The notes: generated by a model not told the origin, from the sequence alone. 62,426 nt of DNA, filler included, from Nitrospirae bacterium CG2_30_53_67 (GCA_001873285.1; 7 parts of 7 records of this genome joined end to end with filler, not necessarily neighbours in it); one strand, 5' to 3'; counted from the whole stretch's first letter, positions 29,366-41,287 are shown. Program-made: numbers and translations.

Positions 29366-31369
29366 CTAATTCCTCGTCAGCTTCTGCACGGCGATCTCGG
29401 CGGTCTTCCGTATCAGCGGATCCGGATCGTTCTTGATGATATCTTTAAGATAGAGCAAGGCCCGAGGATCTCCCAGAAGGCCCATGGCCTCCACCGTTGC
29501 GTTCCGTTCACTCCAGTCGGAGGAATCGAGCAGGTAAAGCAGGGATTCGAAAGCGGCAGGGTTCCCGTTCTTTCCGAGGGCCAGGATGGCCGCCCTTCGG
29601 ATTTCCTTGTCCGTGTGTTCCAGTTTCTTGAGCAGGACCGGGAATACACGCCGGTCCTTTTTCCCGGCTAAAACCTCGATGATCGCGATCTCTACCGGAG
29701 GAATATTTTCTTTTAGCATGGGGATCAGGGCGTCCAGGGCCTTGTCGTTTCCGATCTTCCCGAGTCCCTTCACGGCGGCACACCGGATCCAGATGTTTTC
29801 GTCCTGAAGGATCGAGGTCAGGACCCGGACGGCCTCGTCGGTTTGGAAATGACCCAGGGCCATGGCTGCTGAAAGACGGACGTCCGGCTCTTCGTCGGAA
29901 AGGGCATGGATCATCCCTTCCTGAGCCCGGCCGCCCCCGATTCGGCCGAGGGCCGTAGCCGCCGCTTTTCTCACATCGGGGTCTTCGTCCTTCAGGGCAA
30001 AGACCAGAGGATCCACAGCCTCCTTAACGCACAGATCGCCGAGCAGGATGGCGGCGTTCTTGCGGTATAGGACGCTCGGGTCCGAAAGGAGTGAGATCAG
30101 CCTCGGGATGCATGACCGATCTCCGATTTCATGCAAGGCCATGACGGCCGCATTCTGGACGTCGGGATAAGGATCGTTGAGCAGGGGAATGATCTGTTCT
30201 ACAGTGATCGGATCCTTCAACATCCCGAGCGCCATGGCAGCCGACTGCCTGACGTGACCGTTCTTGTCCTTGAGCATGGGGATCAGTCTGCGCACGGTCT
30301 TGACGTTTCCGATCCGGCCGATGACATGCGCCGCCCCTTTTCTGATTAATTCGTCCGGGTGGTCCAGCGCCTGAATCAGTTCCTGTTCAGCCGAGGCCCC
30401 GATATGCTGAAGGGCCTCGATCGTGACCTCGTGGAAATCGAGATCACCCAGGATATCGATCAGATAATGGACGCACTTGGGATCCCCGAGAAGCCCGATC
30501 ATCCGGATTGCCGCCAACCGTATGGAAGGATCATCCTCCTGTATCGCCTCGATGAGGCCGTCCACGCCTTCACCGCCTACGGATTCCCTGAATTTTTGAA
30601 GCGTTTCCGTCCCTTCGGGAGAGCGTTTCATGATCTCGGCCACCCCGACCACGGCCGCATTACGCACGATCCGTTTTTTGTCCTGAATAAACGGGACGAT
30701 GGCGGGGAGCGCCTCCGGATTGCCGAGCCTCCCTAACGCCTCCACGACCGGTTTTCTGAGCGCCCGGTCAGGGATGAAGGCCAAGAGGCGGGAGACGGCC
30801 CGGTCATCCCCCAGTTTCCCTATGGCCTCGATGGCGGAGAACTTGAGCAGGAAATCGTCTCCGGAGAGGACATCGAGGAGCGGGTCCAGAGCCTTCGCGT
30901 CTCCGATCTTGCCGAGGTTTTCCGCGGCGGACGCACGGACGTTCTCGCTGGTGTCCTTGAGGGCCTCGATGATGGGCTCCACGCTTCTGGGATCCCGGAT
31001 ATCCCCCAAAATATCGATGGCAAACTTCCGGATATCGTGATCCGGGTCCTTCACCGCATGGCAAAGAGAAGGAACTGCCGCAGATCCGATACGGATCAAG
31101 GCCTCCGCGGCCGAGTTTCTCATCCCGGCATTGTCCTCGGAGCGCAGGGCGAGGATCAGATTCGAGATCACCTCCTCGATATCGGGCATCTGTAACAGGG
31201 ACTGGATGGACGCCTTTCTGATCCTCCAGTTCCCGTCCCCCAGCAGCCGGGTCAGAGGAATAATGACACGCCTGTCCTGAAGCCGGCCCATTTTCTCCGC
31301 CGCTCCCCTCCGGACCTCCGGATCCCCTGATTCGATCTCTTTTAAAAGCGCTTCTAATTGATCAGACAC
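29366..31369 (-). CDS. HEAT-repeat protein
   Basis: Many LxDxxxxVRxxAAxALG repeats. Likely GTG start at 31369 with GGAGG RBS. Confidence 0.88.
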   Translation of the reverse strand: MSDQLEALLKEIESGDPEVRRGAAEKMGRLQDRRVIIPLTRLLGDGNWRIRKASIQSLLQMPDIEEVISNLILALRSEDNAGMRNSAAEALIRIGSAAVPSLCHAVKDPDHDIRKFAIDILGDIRDPRSVEPIIEALKDTSENVRASAAENLGKIGDAKALDPLLDVLSGDDFLLKFSAIEAIGKLGDDRAVSRLLAFIPDRALRKPVVEALGRLGNPEALPAIVPFIQDKKRIVRNAAVVGVAEIMKRSPEGTETLQKFRESVGGEGVDGLIEAIQEDDPSIRLAAIRMIGLLGDPKCVHYLIDILGDLDFHEVTIEALQHIGASAEQELIQALDHPDELIRKGAAHVIGRIGNVKTVRRLIPMLKDKNGHVRQSAAMALGMLKDPITVEQIIPLLNDPYPDVQNAAVMALHEIGDRSCIPRLISLLSDPSVLYRKNAAILLGDLCVKEAVDPLVFALKDEDPDVRKAAATALGRIGGGRAQEGMIHALSDEEPDVRLSAAMALGHFQTDEAVRVLTSILQDENIWIRCAAVKGLGKIGNDKALDALIPMLKENIPPVEIAIIEVLAGKKDRRVFPVLLKKLEHTDKEIRRAAILALGKNGNPAAFESLLYLLDSSDWSERNATVEAMGLLGDPRALLYLKDIIKNDPDPLIRKTAEIAVQKLTRN

Positions 31370-31430
31370 GGGTTTCCTCCATAGTAGAGATAAATCGCTC
31401 AAGCCGTTCAAAGGGTTCAAACTGGTCAAA

Positions 31431-32255
31431 TTACGAAATCCCATGCACGGTCCTGTTTTTATTCATCAGGGCTTCAATTTCATTCTGAAGCAGCCTTCTG
31501 CAGTAATCCGGCTGGAACTCCGTAAACCGCTGCTTCATCATCTCCGCGCCCTCCTGCAGTTCCGGGGCCAGTCTCTTTTCAAGATCGCCGTTTCTGATCC
31601 CCTCTTCCACCTTCTTCTGGTTGTAAAGTGCGATATCGGAGATGATGATCCTGGCCAGCCGCTTGCTCTTGTTCCTGACCTCTTCAGGCAAGGTCTCCTC
31701 GAATGTCCGTTCTTCAACCCCTGACTTCCGGACGGGTTCCACCCTGGCCGCCTCCTCTCGGAACCGGCCGGGCAGAAGGTTTCGCACCTTGTAGAGAAGT
31801 TTATCCTGGATATGATGGGCTTCGATGTAGTCGTCGGCGCCGTACAGGGATTCGGGTAATCTCTTGTAGCGGGCCTTGTCGTAGACGGCCGTTAAAAGGA
31901 TGATGCGGATGTCCTGCGTCAGGGGGTCCGACTTCAGGATCTCCGCCAGCTCAAAACCGAATATCTTCGGCAGCGCCACATCCAGGATGACCAGGGAGGG
32001 ATGAAGCCGGCGGATCTTTTCAAGCGCCTCTTCACCGTCTTTCGCAAAGATGAGATCAAAAGGTTCCATCTCAAAGAGATCCCTGATGGATGAGCAGAAG
32101 TCCGCGTCTTCCTTCCCGACCAGGATCCTCGGCCTTTCCGATGCAATGGTAAAGACATGCTTGCAGCGGGAGCAGCGCAGACGGATCTCCCGTTTGGTGA
32201 ACTTGGACGGATCGATCTTGTAGCGGGCCCCGCATTGCTCACATTGTATAATCAT
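31431..32255 (-). CDS. Zinc-ribbon (MJ0042-like) plus atypical receiver domain protein
   Basis: CEQC...CSRC finger, REC-like ILDVALP/GADDYIE, C-terminal RLARIIISDIALYN. Confidence 0.8.
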   Translation of the reverse strand: MIIQCEQCGARYKIDPSKFTKREIRLRCSRCKHVFTIASERPRILVGKEDADFCSSIRDLFEMEPFDLIFAKDGEEALEKIRRLHPSLVILDVALPKIFGFELAEILKSDPLTQDIRIILLTAVYDKARYKRLPESLYGADDYIEAHHIQDKLLYKVRNLLPGRFREEAARVEPVRKSGVEERTFEETLPEEVRNKSKRLARIIISDIALYNQKKVEEGIRNGDLEKRLAPELQEGAEMMKQRFTEFQPDYCRRLLQNEIEALMNKNRTVHGIS

Positions 32256-32283
32256 GAAAAACTCCATGTCAAAAGCCGGACGG

Positions 32284-35163
32284 TCAGGCCGTTTCTCTCT
32301 CCGAAAGGGCCATCATCTCTTCGATGCCCGCATAGTCTTTGTCCTCGGCAGGGATAAAGCAGTTATACTCGTATTCGACGGCTTTAATAATATTCCGATC
32401 CTCGGTCTTCTCCTCGTCCAGATGGAGCAGGGCCTGGGTAAGCGCCTCCGCTGTTTCCGGATCAAGGTCCTGCCTGACGCAGAAATTGAACTCCGGGATG
32501 TCGTCGGAGACTTTCAGTATCTTCAGACCTTTGGAGACGAACTTGTTGGCCATGGGCTCCAGCAGACCGCCGGCATCTACGTCCCCGTTGACAATCGCCC
32601 AGGCCACTGCATCATGGCGGCCGAGAAATGTGTATTCCCTCAATTCCGAAAGGGGAATATTTTCTTTGAGCAGCATGGCCTTCGGCACGAGATAGCTGGA
32701 CGTGGATTTTTTGTCGCCGAACCCGAATTTCTTCCCTTTGATTTCAGAAACCGACCGGATATGAGAGACCTCCCTGACGGCAATCACGGAACGGTAGAAC
32801 GGACTGTGGTTCCGTACGGCCTTGAGGATGACCCGGCTTCCGTAGAGTTTTTTGGCTTCCAAATAGGTGGATGGCGTCATATAGGCGATGTCTGTTTTTC
32901 CGGTACCCAGGTCCCGGATGGCGCTTTCGAAATCCTTGGCTACGAGGATCTGGACCTTCTTTCCCAGTTCCTTCTGCAGGCGCCGCGCCAGCGGGGTGAA
33001 CTTGATCTGCATCTTGACTTCAGACTCCAGGGGGACGACTCCCAGGACGATCGGCTTTTCCTCGGAGATGAAATGAAAATTGTGCACCTCTTTCTGCAGT
33101 TCCTCGTTATGAATGGCAAGAGAGCCGATCGCCGTATTCAAGTCGTCGGTCAGGTTCATGTTTTCTTCCGTAATAATCCGTATCCTTTCAATGGCCCGGC
33201 CGATCTGTTCGCTCCCTTTCCTGTGCTCCTGGATAGCCTTGTTGATCTCCTGGATCTTGTTGAAGAAGTTCTCGATCTCCGCACTGATGATCTTGCTTCC
33301 TTTGGTTTCCTCGTTCAGGGATTTTCTGAGTTCATGAGTGAATTCCCTGAGCTTCTCCACCATCTCCCGGATGATTCCTCCGCCCTTGCTTTGTTCATGG
33401 ACTGCGGCCGTAATCTGGTGCACCATATGGTTGATGTTCTGAACCTCGGAGTCCACGTAGGCGACGGATTTCACCTGCTCGATGGCGGCGTTCTCGATCT
33501 TACATGACATGTCGCTTGCCTTCCTGGATTGATCCAGGATCAGCTCCAGGGCCCGTTTTGTCTCTTCGGACAGGGAAACCCCCTCCTTGACCTGCTTGAC
33601 GCTCTGGCGCATGGCCTCGGAAACGCCCTTGGTTTCTTCCTGAACGCTCGAGATGACTTTCTCGATCTGTTCAATGGAGGAAGCGGTCCTTTCGGCCAGG
33701 GCCTTGATCTCATCGGCCACCACAGAGAACCCCTTTCCATATTCGCCGGCCTGCGCCGCAATGATGGATGCGTTCAATGCCAGAAGATTGGTCTGGTCGG
33801 CCACCTCGTCGATCACATTCAGGATATCTCCGATCTCTTCGGACCGTTGATTCAGGGATTGGATCATCCGGTCCGTGTCCTCGACCGTGCTCCGGATGCG
33901 GCTCATCCCCTCGATCGTTTTCTGTACGGCCATAATTCCCTTCTCGGAGGTTTCCGTGGTGTTCTTCTGAGATAGGGCCGCCGATTCCTTGGCCATTTGT
34001 TCCACTTCCTTGATGGATGCATTGATCTCGGAGACCGACGAAGTCGACGTATCCACCGAAGTGCTCAGTGAGTTCAGATTTTCCTGGATCTGTCCGATGG
34101 ACACGACCATCTCGTTGATAGAGGATGATGAGTTATCCACCAGGCTCAGAAGTTCCTGAACCTGTCCCGAGATCTGATTGACGGAGCTGTCCATCCCCTG
34201 GATGGAACTCGACGACTCCTCGGCGGACCGCGTGAGGCTTTGCACATTGGATCCGATTTCATTCAGGGTGGCGTTCATCTCGAAGGCCGAGGAGGATGTC
34301 TCGTCCGTGGCATTGGCCTGGACCCGCGTCCCTTCATAGATCTCCATGTGGCAGTTGCGGATCAGGCGGGTGGCATTCTCGCAGTTGTCGGCGGAGGCCT
34401 CGATCTTGTTGAGGACTTCCTTGTGTTTTTCAAGAAAACAGTTGAAGAGATAGGCAATCTTGGGGAAGGGATAGATCGAACCGATCCAACCCCTGACATT
34501 CAAGGAAATCGTGCTCCCGAGGTCGAAGCGGTTCTGGTTCAGGAGGATCAGGTTATCCCGAAGGGTCAGGAGGCGCCTCCGTATCTCACCCGCGAAGAAA
34601 TTCTCCAGCAGGATGACCAGCAGAAGGGCCGCCGCCGTCATGAAGAAAATCAGGATAGGAGAGAGAGGCCGGTATGCCATAAGCGCTGATAAGGCCGCCT
34701 CCTGAGCCTTCGAGGACGCTGTTTCCATATTCCCGACTTCATTCAGAAACCCTTGATAGGCGGCGGTGAGTTGATCGAAATGGATTTTGGAGATGTCCTG
34801 CTCAAGGAACGTGTCCGTTTCCGAAATACGGTCTTTCCACCTGTTCCAAGCGGACTCGCCGAGGCCGTTCAGAAAATCCTTGCTGCGGGATTCTTCAATC
34901 AGAGCAGCGGCCTGGTGAAGGGTTTTTCTCAGGTCCGAGATCAACGACGGGTTCGGGGCGCCGCCAAGCCTCTCGCCCAAGCCTTTCCATGTTTTATCAA
35001 GGGAAGAGAATTGGGATGCAAGGGTTTCATACTGCTCCACGGTTTGAATGCGTTTCTCCATCACCCTCGATGACTGCGTCTGCTGATAGCCGAGCCACAA
35101 AATGAGAGCGCAGAGGATCAAGAATGGAGCGGATGCTTTCAATCGTTCATTCATCTTCGGCAT
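32284..35163 (-). CDS. Methyl-accepting chemotaxis protein with C-terminal phosphate/phosphite/phosphonate-binding (PhnD-like) domain
   Basis: 2 TM; hairpin [38 protein letters not shown]-terminal [45 protein letters not shown]. Confidence 0.85.
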   Translation of the reverse strand: MPKMNERLKASAPFLILCALILWLGYQQTQSSRVMEKRIQTVEQYETLASQFSSLDKTWKGLGERLGGAPNPSLISDLRKTLHQAAALIEESRSKDFLNGLGESAWNRWKDRISETDTFLEQDISKIHFDQLTAAYQGFLNEVGNMETASSKAQEAALSALMAYRPLSPILIFFMTAAALLLVILLENFFAGEIRRRLLTLRDNLILLNQNRFDLGSTISLNVRGWIGSIYPFPKIAYLFNCFLEKHKEVLNKIEASADNCENATRLIRNCHMEIYEGTRVQANATDETSSSAFEMNATLNEIGSNVQSLTRSAEESSSSIQGMDSSVNQISGQVQELLSLVDNSSSSINEMVVSIGQIQENLNSLSTSVDTSTSSVSEINASIKEVEQMAKESAALSQKNTTETSEKGIMAVQKTIEGMSRIRSTVEDTDRMIQSLNQRSEEIGDILNVIDEVADQTNLLALNASIIAAQAGEYGKGFSVVADEIKALAERTASSIEQIEKVISSVQEETKGVSEAMRQSVKQVKEGVSLSEETKRALELILDQSRKASDMSCKIENAAIEQVKSVAYVDSEVQNINHMVHQITAAVHEQSKGGGIIREMVEKLREFTHELRKSLNEETKGSKIISAEIENFFNKIQEINKAIQEHRKGSEQIGRAIERIRIITEENMNLTDDLNTAIGSLAIHNEELQKEVHNFHFISEEKPIVLGVVPLESEVKMQIKFTPLARRLQKELGKKVQILVAKDFESAIRDLGTGKTDIAYMTPSTYLEAKKLYGSRVILKAVRNHSPFYRSVIAVREVSHIRSVSEIKGKKFGFGDKKSTSSYLVPKAMLLKENIPLSELREYTFLGRHDAVAWAIVNGDVDAGGLLEPMANKFVSKGLKILKVSDDIPEFNFCVRQDLDPETAEALTQALLHLDEEKTEDRNIIKAVEYEYNCFIPAEDKDYAGIEEMMALSERETA

Positions 35164-35182
35164 GGAAGGGTGCCCTCCTGAT

Positions 35183-37651
35183 TTATACCTTGAATGTGTC
35201 AATTTCACTTTGCAGACGCTCAACCTTTTCAGCCATGTCGCTGATCGCTTGGGTCATCTCCTGAACCTGCTGGGCATTCCGTTCAGCGATCTGCTCGATG
35301 GTTTTGCTGTTGGACAGAACCTCCTGGGTCTTTTCCGTCTGAGACACGGTGAATTTCGAGATCTCCTGAGTTTTATAGTTGGTCTCTTCAATGGCCTTGG
35401 CGATCTGGCCGCTTCCCTTGGCCTGTTCCTGCATGGCCCGGCTGACATGATTGATCATTTCACGGATCCGCTCGGTGTTTTCAATAATCTGTTTGGATCC
35501 GACTTTCTGTTCCTGGGTTCCTTTGTTGATCTGGCGCAGAGATTCGGTGATCTTCTCCACCGCCTTCTTCACCATCTGGCTCCCCTTGCTCTGCTCGATG
35601 GCCGCATGGGCGATCTCATTGACCATGGTCCTGGAATGGTCCACGCTCTCCATCATCTGGAGGAGCGCCTCCTTGGCCTGCAGAGAGAGGTTCATTCCAC
35701 GGGTGATGCTCCCGGAACTGACCTCCATGGACTGGACAGCCTCCTCAGCCTCTTTTTGGACGCTTCGGATGACTGCTGAAATATCCTTGGTGGAGGCTGC
35801 GGACCGTTCTGCGAGGGCCTTGATTTCATCGGCCACAACCGCGAAGCCTTTGCCGTGTTCTCCGGCCTGCGCCGCGATGATGGCCGCGTTCAGGGCCAGA
35901 AGATTGGTCTGGTCGGCCACCTCGTCGATGACCTTGAGGATCTTGCCGATCTGCACGGATTTTTCCCCGAGCCGCTTGATCACCCTGGCGGACTCTTCAA
36001 AGGTCTCTTTGATTTTGACCATTCCCTCCTGGGTCTGGGTCACGGCGGTCATCCCCCCCTCCGCCTTGGAGACGCTTTGTTCGGAAATCTTCAGGGAGTT
36101 CTTCGCGTTTTTCTCGACTTCCTGAATGGAACGATCAATCTCCTCGGTGAATGAAGCCGTCTGGTCCGCGTTGGAAGAAACGGAAACGATGTTGTTTGAA
36201 ATCTCGTTGATGGAGCCGACCATCTCGGAAATCGAAGAGGAGGTTTCTTCCACGGCACTGGAGGCATGCTTGGCGTTTTCCGCGACCTCGTCGATGGAGG
36301 CGCTCATCTCTATGATGGAGGATGAGGCCTCCTCCGTATGTGACGCCAGATTTTTTGCATTGTCGGCGACCTGCCGGTTCATCTGGTCCATGGCGGTTAT
36401 GGAGACGGAGATCTCCTGTAGGGATCCCCCCTGCTCCTCGGTTCCGGCATTCAATTTTTCCGTATTCCGGGAGATCATCCGGGACGATTCGGAGACGCTC
36501 TTCATGGTCTCTTTGATCTCCCGGACGATCCCCTGTATGTTGATGATGAAAGTATTCATCCAGTCGGCAAGTTCCTTGATTTCGTCATTAGATTGGACTT
36601 CGATATGTCTCGTGAGGTCCCCTTCTCCACCTGCAATATCCTTGAGGATATCCACCATGTGAGTGATCGGACGGGTGATCCCCTTGGAGAAAAGGATGGC
36701 GATGGCCGGAATCAGAATCAGACAGAAAACGCCCACCAGACTGAGTTGTCTGCCCAGATGGTAGACCGGCGCAAAGGCCGTGGCGCGGGGGATGGAGAGG
36801 ATGACGGACCAGTCCGGCCCCTTCCCGTCCTTGTAGCCGGAGGCGTGCGCAAATCCGGAGAGATACGTCTTCCCGTCCCTGCCGGATTCCACCAGGAACC
36901 CCGCTCCGCCGGCCATGACCTTTTGAAGAAAGGGGTCGTCAGACGGAAAGAATTTCCGGACGGCGCCTTCGGCTGAGACGAACTGGAAGAGAACGCCGCC
37001 CTTATCATCAACGACAGTCAGACAGCCGTCTCTCAATTCTCCTTCTTTCCCCTCGTTCATGAGTCTAACTGCGCCGGAGAAGCTCTCCCAGCCGAACGTT
37101 GAGACAAGGACCCCGATAACCGAGGATCGGTCCGAGGCGTTATGGATCGGCTGGACGATGCCGATCAGGTTTTCCTGGGCGTTGCCCTGGGCATGGACAG
37201 GGCCTATATAAGGGACCCCCTCCATAACTCCCTTTTGGAACCAGGCCTCTTTTGAGACATCCATCCCGGTCCGGTACTTGTTTGCTGAAGCGATGACCAC
37301 TCCCTTGGCGTTCACGCAGAAAAGCTCCCGGTAGAGCCCGGCATGCTTTTCGGAGATCTCCGAAAGGGACGAGGCGATCCTCCCGTCCGGGTCCCCCCTC
37401 AGGACGTCCTGCATCACGGCCGGACCGGCCCATGAGCGAAGGTCCGTGGAGCGTTCATAGAGGTCCCTGTCCATGGAATCGATGACGTACGCTGCGTCCT
37501 TCTGAAGGCTCCGGCCGGTCACCTGGCTCAGGGTGGAGACGCCGACCCTGAAGGCCAGGGTCCCTGCCAATATGAGGGGGATGAAAACCAGAGAAAGGTT
37601 CAAGATCAGAATCTTGTGACGTATTTTCATGGAAATCATTTTTTTATTCAT
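35183..37651 (-). CDS. Methyl-accepting chemotaxis protein (Cache-like sensor, HAMP)
   Basis: 2 TM; HAMP ([17 protein letters not shown]); [30 protein letters not shown]. Confidence 0.93.
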   Translation of the reverse strand: MNKKMISMKIRHKILILNLSLVFIPLILAGTLAFRVGVSTLSQVTGRSLQKDAAYVIDSMDRDLYERSTDLRSWAGPAVMQDVLRGDPDGRIASSLSEISEKHAGLYRELFCVNAKGVVIASANKYRTGMDVSKEAWFQKGVMEGVPYIGPVHAQGNAQENLIGIVQPIHNASDRSSVIGVLVSTFGWESFSGAVRLMNEGKEGELRDGCLTVVDDKGGVLFQFVSAEGAVRKFFPSDDPFLQKVMAGGAGFLVESGRDGKTYLSGFAHASGYKDGKGPDWSVILSIPRATAFAPVYHLGRQLSLVGVFCLILIPAIAILFSKGITRPITHMVDILKDIAGGEGDLTRHIEVQSNDEIKELADWMNTFIINIQGIVREIKETMKSVSESSRMISRNTEKLNAGTEEQGGSLQEISVSITAMDQMNRQVADNAKNLASHTEEASSSIIEMSASIDEVAENAKHASSAVEETSSSISEMVGSINEISNNIVSVSSNADQTASFTEEIDRSIQEVEKNAKNSLKISEQSVSKAEGGMTAVTQTQEGMVKIKETFEESARVIKRLGEKSVQIGKILKVIDEVADQTNLLALNAAIIAAQAGEHGKGFAVVADEIKALAERSAASTKDISAVIRSVQKEAEEAVQSMEVSSGSITRGMNLSLQAKEALLQMMESVDHSRTMVNEIAHAAIEQSKGSQMVKKAVEKITESLRQINKGTQEQKVGSKQIIENTERIREMINHVSRAMQEQAKGSGQIAKAIEETNYKTQEISKFTVSQTEKTQEVLSNSKTIEQIAERNAQQVQEMTQAISDMAEKVERLQSEIDTFKV

Positions 37652-37752
37652 GCTGTCCTTCGAGATAAAATGGGTCTTGTCCTCCTTCGGACGGCCAAGA
37701 CCAGATTGATGGAATCCTTAGCGGCTCTGTTGATGAACAGGACCCCTTGTTC

Positions 37753-38256
37753 CTACTCCATCTTGATGATCTCATCAATGTTCATGATGATCATCATCCG
37801 GCCCCTGTATTGCCCTATGCCGGTGATATATTCCGCCTCCAAACCCTTGATCATGGGAGGCGGAGGCTCAATGGATTTCTCAGGGATCTGCGCCGCGCTG
37901 GTGATCGCATCCACCAGAACGCCGACCTGCTCATCGTCATTCTTCAATACGATAATCCGGGTCTTTCCCGTGATTTCCGTCAGCGGGAGGCCCATCTTTT
38001 TCTTGATATCGAAGATCGGAACGATGTTCCCCCTCAGCGAGAGGATGCCCAGGATATACGAAGGCGCCCTCGGAATAGGAGTCAGCTCGAAGAAAGGAGT
38101 GATCTCCTTGATTCTCATGATATCAATGGCGTATTCCTCCTCGCCGAGCTTGAAGCCCATGACTTCCGTCATCCGGTCATGAACGGATTCTGCAGCAGTC
38201 TCTTCCATTCCGGCGGCAGGCGCCGCTTCCTGCTCTTTTGGGGTTTGATCCGTCAT
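37753..38256 (-). CDS. cheW: Chemotaxis scaffold CheW
   Basis: FKLGEEEYAIDI, IPRAPSYILGILSLRGNIVPIFD, GVLVD. Confidence 0.93.
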   Translation of the reverse strand: MTDQTPKEQEAAPAAGMEETAAESVHDRMTEVMGFKLGEEEYAIDIMRIKEITPFFELTPIPRAPSYILGILSLRGNIVPIFDIKKKMGLPLTEITGKTRIIVLKNDDEQVGVLVDAITSAAQIPEKSIEPPPPMIKGLEAEYITGIGQYRGRMMIIMNIDEIIKME

Positions 38257-39233
38257 TTTTCAGCCTCATCCTCATGGACCGTGATGGATTCCATGCAGTC
38301 TTTCGACACGGTCACTCTGTTCTTGCCGCTCTTCTTGGACTCGTAAAGGGCCCGGTCGGCTTCCATGATGACCGTATCAATGGTATCGGTCTTGTTTTCC
38401 AGAAAACAGGATATGCCGCAGCTCAGTGTGACGTTGATCTTGTCTTCGTTGATCTGAAAGGGTTTCCCCGCCACTTCCTTGCGGATCTTCTCGGCCACGT
38501 TCTCGGCGCCGGTCAGCGAGACCTGGGGGAGAAGCACGGCGAACTCCTCACCGCCGTACCGGGCCAGCATGTCCGTGCTCCGGATGGTTTTGCCGATCCG
38601 GATGCAGATGTCCATCAGGATCTGGTCGCCTGCCTGATGGCCGTAGGTGTCATTCAGCGCCTTGAAGTTGTCAATGTCCATCAGCAGGAAGGAGAGTTCC
38701 GTCCGATAGCGCTTGGCGCGGCTGATTTCATTCAACATCATCTTCATCAGGTGCCTTCGATTATAGATCTGGGTTAAGGCATCGGTGATGGATAAAGTGG
38801 TCAGGCGCTTGTTCGCCTCCAGGAGCTCGTCCTGAAGGAGCTTGAGCTTCAGGTGGAGGCGCACCCTCGCAAGAAGCTCAAAGTCATCGAAAGGCTTGGT
38901 CAGGTAATCACTCGCCCCTTGTTGCAGGCCGAGGTTTTTCTTCTCCTGCTCTTCTTCCGCGGTCAGCATAATGATCGGAATGCCCTTCAATTCCGGATGG
39001 CCCTTGATCATCAGCAGCAGCTTGAAACCGTCGATCTGCGGCATGACCACGTCACAGAGGATCAGATCGATCTTGTGTTCCAGGAGTTTCTTGTAGCCGT
39101 CGATTCCGTTCTCGGCTTCATAGATGAAATCGAAGAGGCCTTTTTCGGAACTGAGGACCTTCTTGATTTTCGTACGGATGGTTTCCGAGTCATCCACAAT
39201 CAGAATGGATGCGGTCTGTTTTTCTCCGGTCAT
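38253..39233 (-). CDS. REC-GGDEF diguanylate cyclase (WspR-like)
   Basis: Receiver domain, DIDNFKALNDTYGHQAGD, RSTD I-site, RYGGEEF active site. Confidence 0.93.
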   Translation of the reverse strand: MTGEKQTASILIVDDSETIRTKIKKVLSSEKGLFDFIYEAENGIDGYKKLLEHKIDLILCDVVMPQIDGFKLLLMIKGHPELKGIPIIMLTAEEEQEKKNLGLQQGASDYLTKPFDDFELLARVRLHLKLKLLQDELLEANKRLTTLSITDALTQIYNRRHLMKMMLNEISRAKRYRTELSFLLMDIDNFKALNDTYGHQAGDQILMDICIRIGKTIRSTDMLARYGGEEFAVLLPQVSLTGAENVAEKIRKEVAGKPFQINEDKINVTLSCGISCFLENKTDTIDTVIMEADRALYESKKSGKNRVTVSKDCMESITVHEDEAEK

Positions 39234-41287
39234 CAGAATTTCCCCCCTTGAGTGGATTCCTCAATGAGAGATCCGACGTCCAGGACCAGGACGGCCCTTT
39301 TGTCGCCGAGTTCCGTCGCGCCGGCGATCCCGGGTATTTTCTTCAGCGTTTTGCCGATCGGCTTGATGACGATTTCATGTTTGTCGATGAAGTCGTCGAC
39401 GATGATGCCGATCTTCTTTTCTGCAAGGCCCGCCACCACGATCTTCGTCTTATTTTTATTGGAGTGATTGCTTTCCGGATTCAACGGACTCAACCCGAAG
39501 ATTTCCTGGAGGCGCAGCAGCGACAGCGTCCGGTCCCTGAGCTTGATGACCTCTCTTTTCTCCACGGTCTGAATCGAGTTCTTCGCTACAATCAGGTTTT
39601 CAGAAACGGCATTCAGGGGGATGGCAAATATCTGGTCCGAGCATCGAATGATCAGGGCCGGAATGATCGCCAGGGTGATCGGCAGGGTGATGGTAAAAAG
39701 CGCCCCTTTGCCGACTTGGGTTTGGATATCCACCATCCCGCCCAGCTTGGTGATGTTCTTTTTGACAACGTCCATGCCGACCCCGCGTCCTGAGATCTCG
39801 CTCACCTTTTCAGCCGTGCTGAAACCCGGCAGGAAGATATACTTCAGAATCTCTTCCTCGCCGGGGGTTTCGCCTTCCTGGACCAGCCCTCTTTCCACGG
39901 CTTTCTTTAAAATCTTCTCCGGGTCGATCCCGGCGCCGTCGTCCTCAACCTCGACGACGACGTGGTTTCCCTTCTGATAGGCTGTCAGCCTGATCATCCC
40001 CTCGGCGGGTTTCTTAAGGCGTTTTCGCACGTCCGGGGATTCAATGCCGTGGTCGATGGCGTTCCGGATGATATGCATCAGGGGATCGGCGATATCCTCG
40101 ATGACCAGTTTGTCGAGTTCCGTATCCTCTCCGGATGTCTTGAAGTTGATCTTCTTGTCCGAAGATTTGGAAAGCTTACGGATCATCCTGGCCAGGCGGT
40201 TGAAGATCTGGCCGATAGGGATCATGCGGACCTCCAGGACCCCCTCCTGCAGTTCAGCGAGTCTCCTTTCGAGTGAATCGACGGCCTTCTGAAGGTCGCC
40301 GGTCAGAGTGGATAAGCCTTGGCGCTGCCTCATCTCCTTCAGAATCCTTTGCAGCATATTCTTGCTGAGAATCAGTTCCCCGACGAGGTTCATGAGGTTG
40401 TCCAATTTGTTGATATCCACCCGCACGGTCTTCGTGAGTCCACGGATGTCGTTGATGAAACTGTCCTGTTCCGAGGCCTTCTCCATCTGAGGCGCCGGTT
40501 CGGCCTTGAGATCCTTGATGTCGCCTTCCTTGAGATACTGGATCTCGTTTATGGTCGTGTTTTCGTTGGTGACGATCTCCTTGATCTCTTTCTCACCGCA
40601 TAGGGCGCCCAGGATGATGTTGAACTGGATGCCCGCCTCCGGGCTCGTGCCCGTTGAGGGAAGCGTGGTGATGATCTCCCCCTGCTCGGAGAGATCTTTG
40701 GTGAGCCGCTGCAGGTCCTGATCAAACGTGGTCAGATCGAAGTTGGCCTTGATCTCAAAGAGACGAGACCCCTTGCGGACATTTTCCATCAGGCGGTGTT
40801 CTTCGTACTCGGTCAAAACCTCCAGGATGGCTGACGAGAGATTGATATCGTCCAGGCCCGCTTTCTTGCCGGATTCCTCTTCATGGTCTCCGTGAAGGAT
40901 CTTGTCGATCGTGGATAAGGCCTGAGTGATATCCATCTGGTCGTTGCCTTCGCTTCCGATCCGGGTGATCAGGTTGTTGAGGGCCTCAAGGCTGGAGAAG
41001 AGCCCGTCCAGGACACGGCTGCTCAGTTCCAGCTTGCCCAGCCTCAGGCTGTCAAGGAGGTTCTCCAGGTTGTGGCTGAGTTCGGATACCTTGCTGAAAC
41101 CCAGCATGCCGGACAACCCTTTCAGGGAATGCGCGCCCCGGAATATACTGTTCACGACTTCGGGGTTGACGTTGGACTTTTTCATGCCTTCTTCGAGTTT
41201 GACAAGATTGTTCCCGATGCTTTCGAGAATATCCTCACTCTCGGCAAGAAATTCAGTCACGGCTTTTTCCTGTCCCTTTTCAGTCAT
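39233..41287 (-). CDS. cheA: Chemotaxis histidine kinase CheA
   Basis: HPt IFRGAHSLKG, HIIRNAIDHGIE, GFST, SGRGVGMDVV, C-terminal CheW domain. Confidence 0.97.
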   Translation of the reverse strand: MTEKGQEKAVTEFLAESEDILESIGNNLVKLEEGMKKSNVNPEVVNSIFRGAHSLKGLSGMLGFSKVSELSHNLENLLDSLRLGKLELSSRVLDGLFSSLEALNNLITRIGSEGNDQMDITQALSTIDKILHGDHEEESGKKAGLDDINLSSAILEVLTEYEEHRLMENVRKGSRLFEIKANFDLTTFDQDLQRLTKDLSEQGEIITTLPSTGTSPEAGIQFNIILGALCGEKEIKEIVTNENTTINEIQYLKEGDIKDLKAEPAPQMEKASEQDSFINDIRGLTKTVRVDINKLDNLMNLVGELILSKNMLQRILKEMRQRQGLSTLTGDLQKAVDSLERRLAELQEGVLEVRMIPIGQIFNRLARMIRKLSKSSDKKINFKTSGEDTELDKLVIEDIADPLMHIIRNAIDHGIESPDVRKRLKKPAEGMIRLTAYQKGNHVVVEVEDDGAGIDPEKILKKAVERGLVQEGETPGEEEILKYIFLPGFSTAEKVSEISGRGVGMDVVKKNITKLGGMVDIQTQVGKGALFTITLPITLAIIPALIIRCSDQIFAIPLNAVSENLIVAKNSIQTVEKREVIKLRDRTLSLLRLQEIFGLSPLNPESNHSNKNKTKIVVAGLAEKKIGIIVDDFIDKHEIVIKPIGKTLKKIPGIAGATELGDKRAVLVLDVGSLIEESTQGGKF

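Noticed and set aside
38253..39233. REC-GGDEF as a Hypr (cGAMP-producing) enzyme matching the A20 riboswitch
   Set aside because: It reads GHQAGD, keeping the Asp of canonical c-di-GMP synthases rather than the Ser/Thr of Hypr enzymes.
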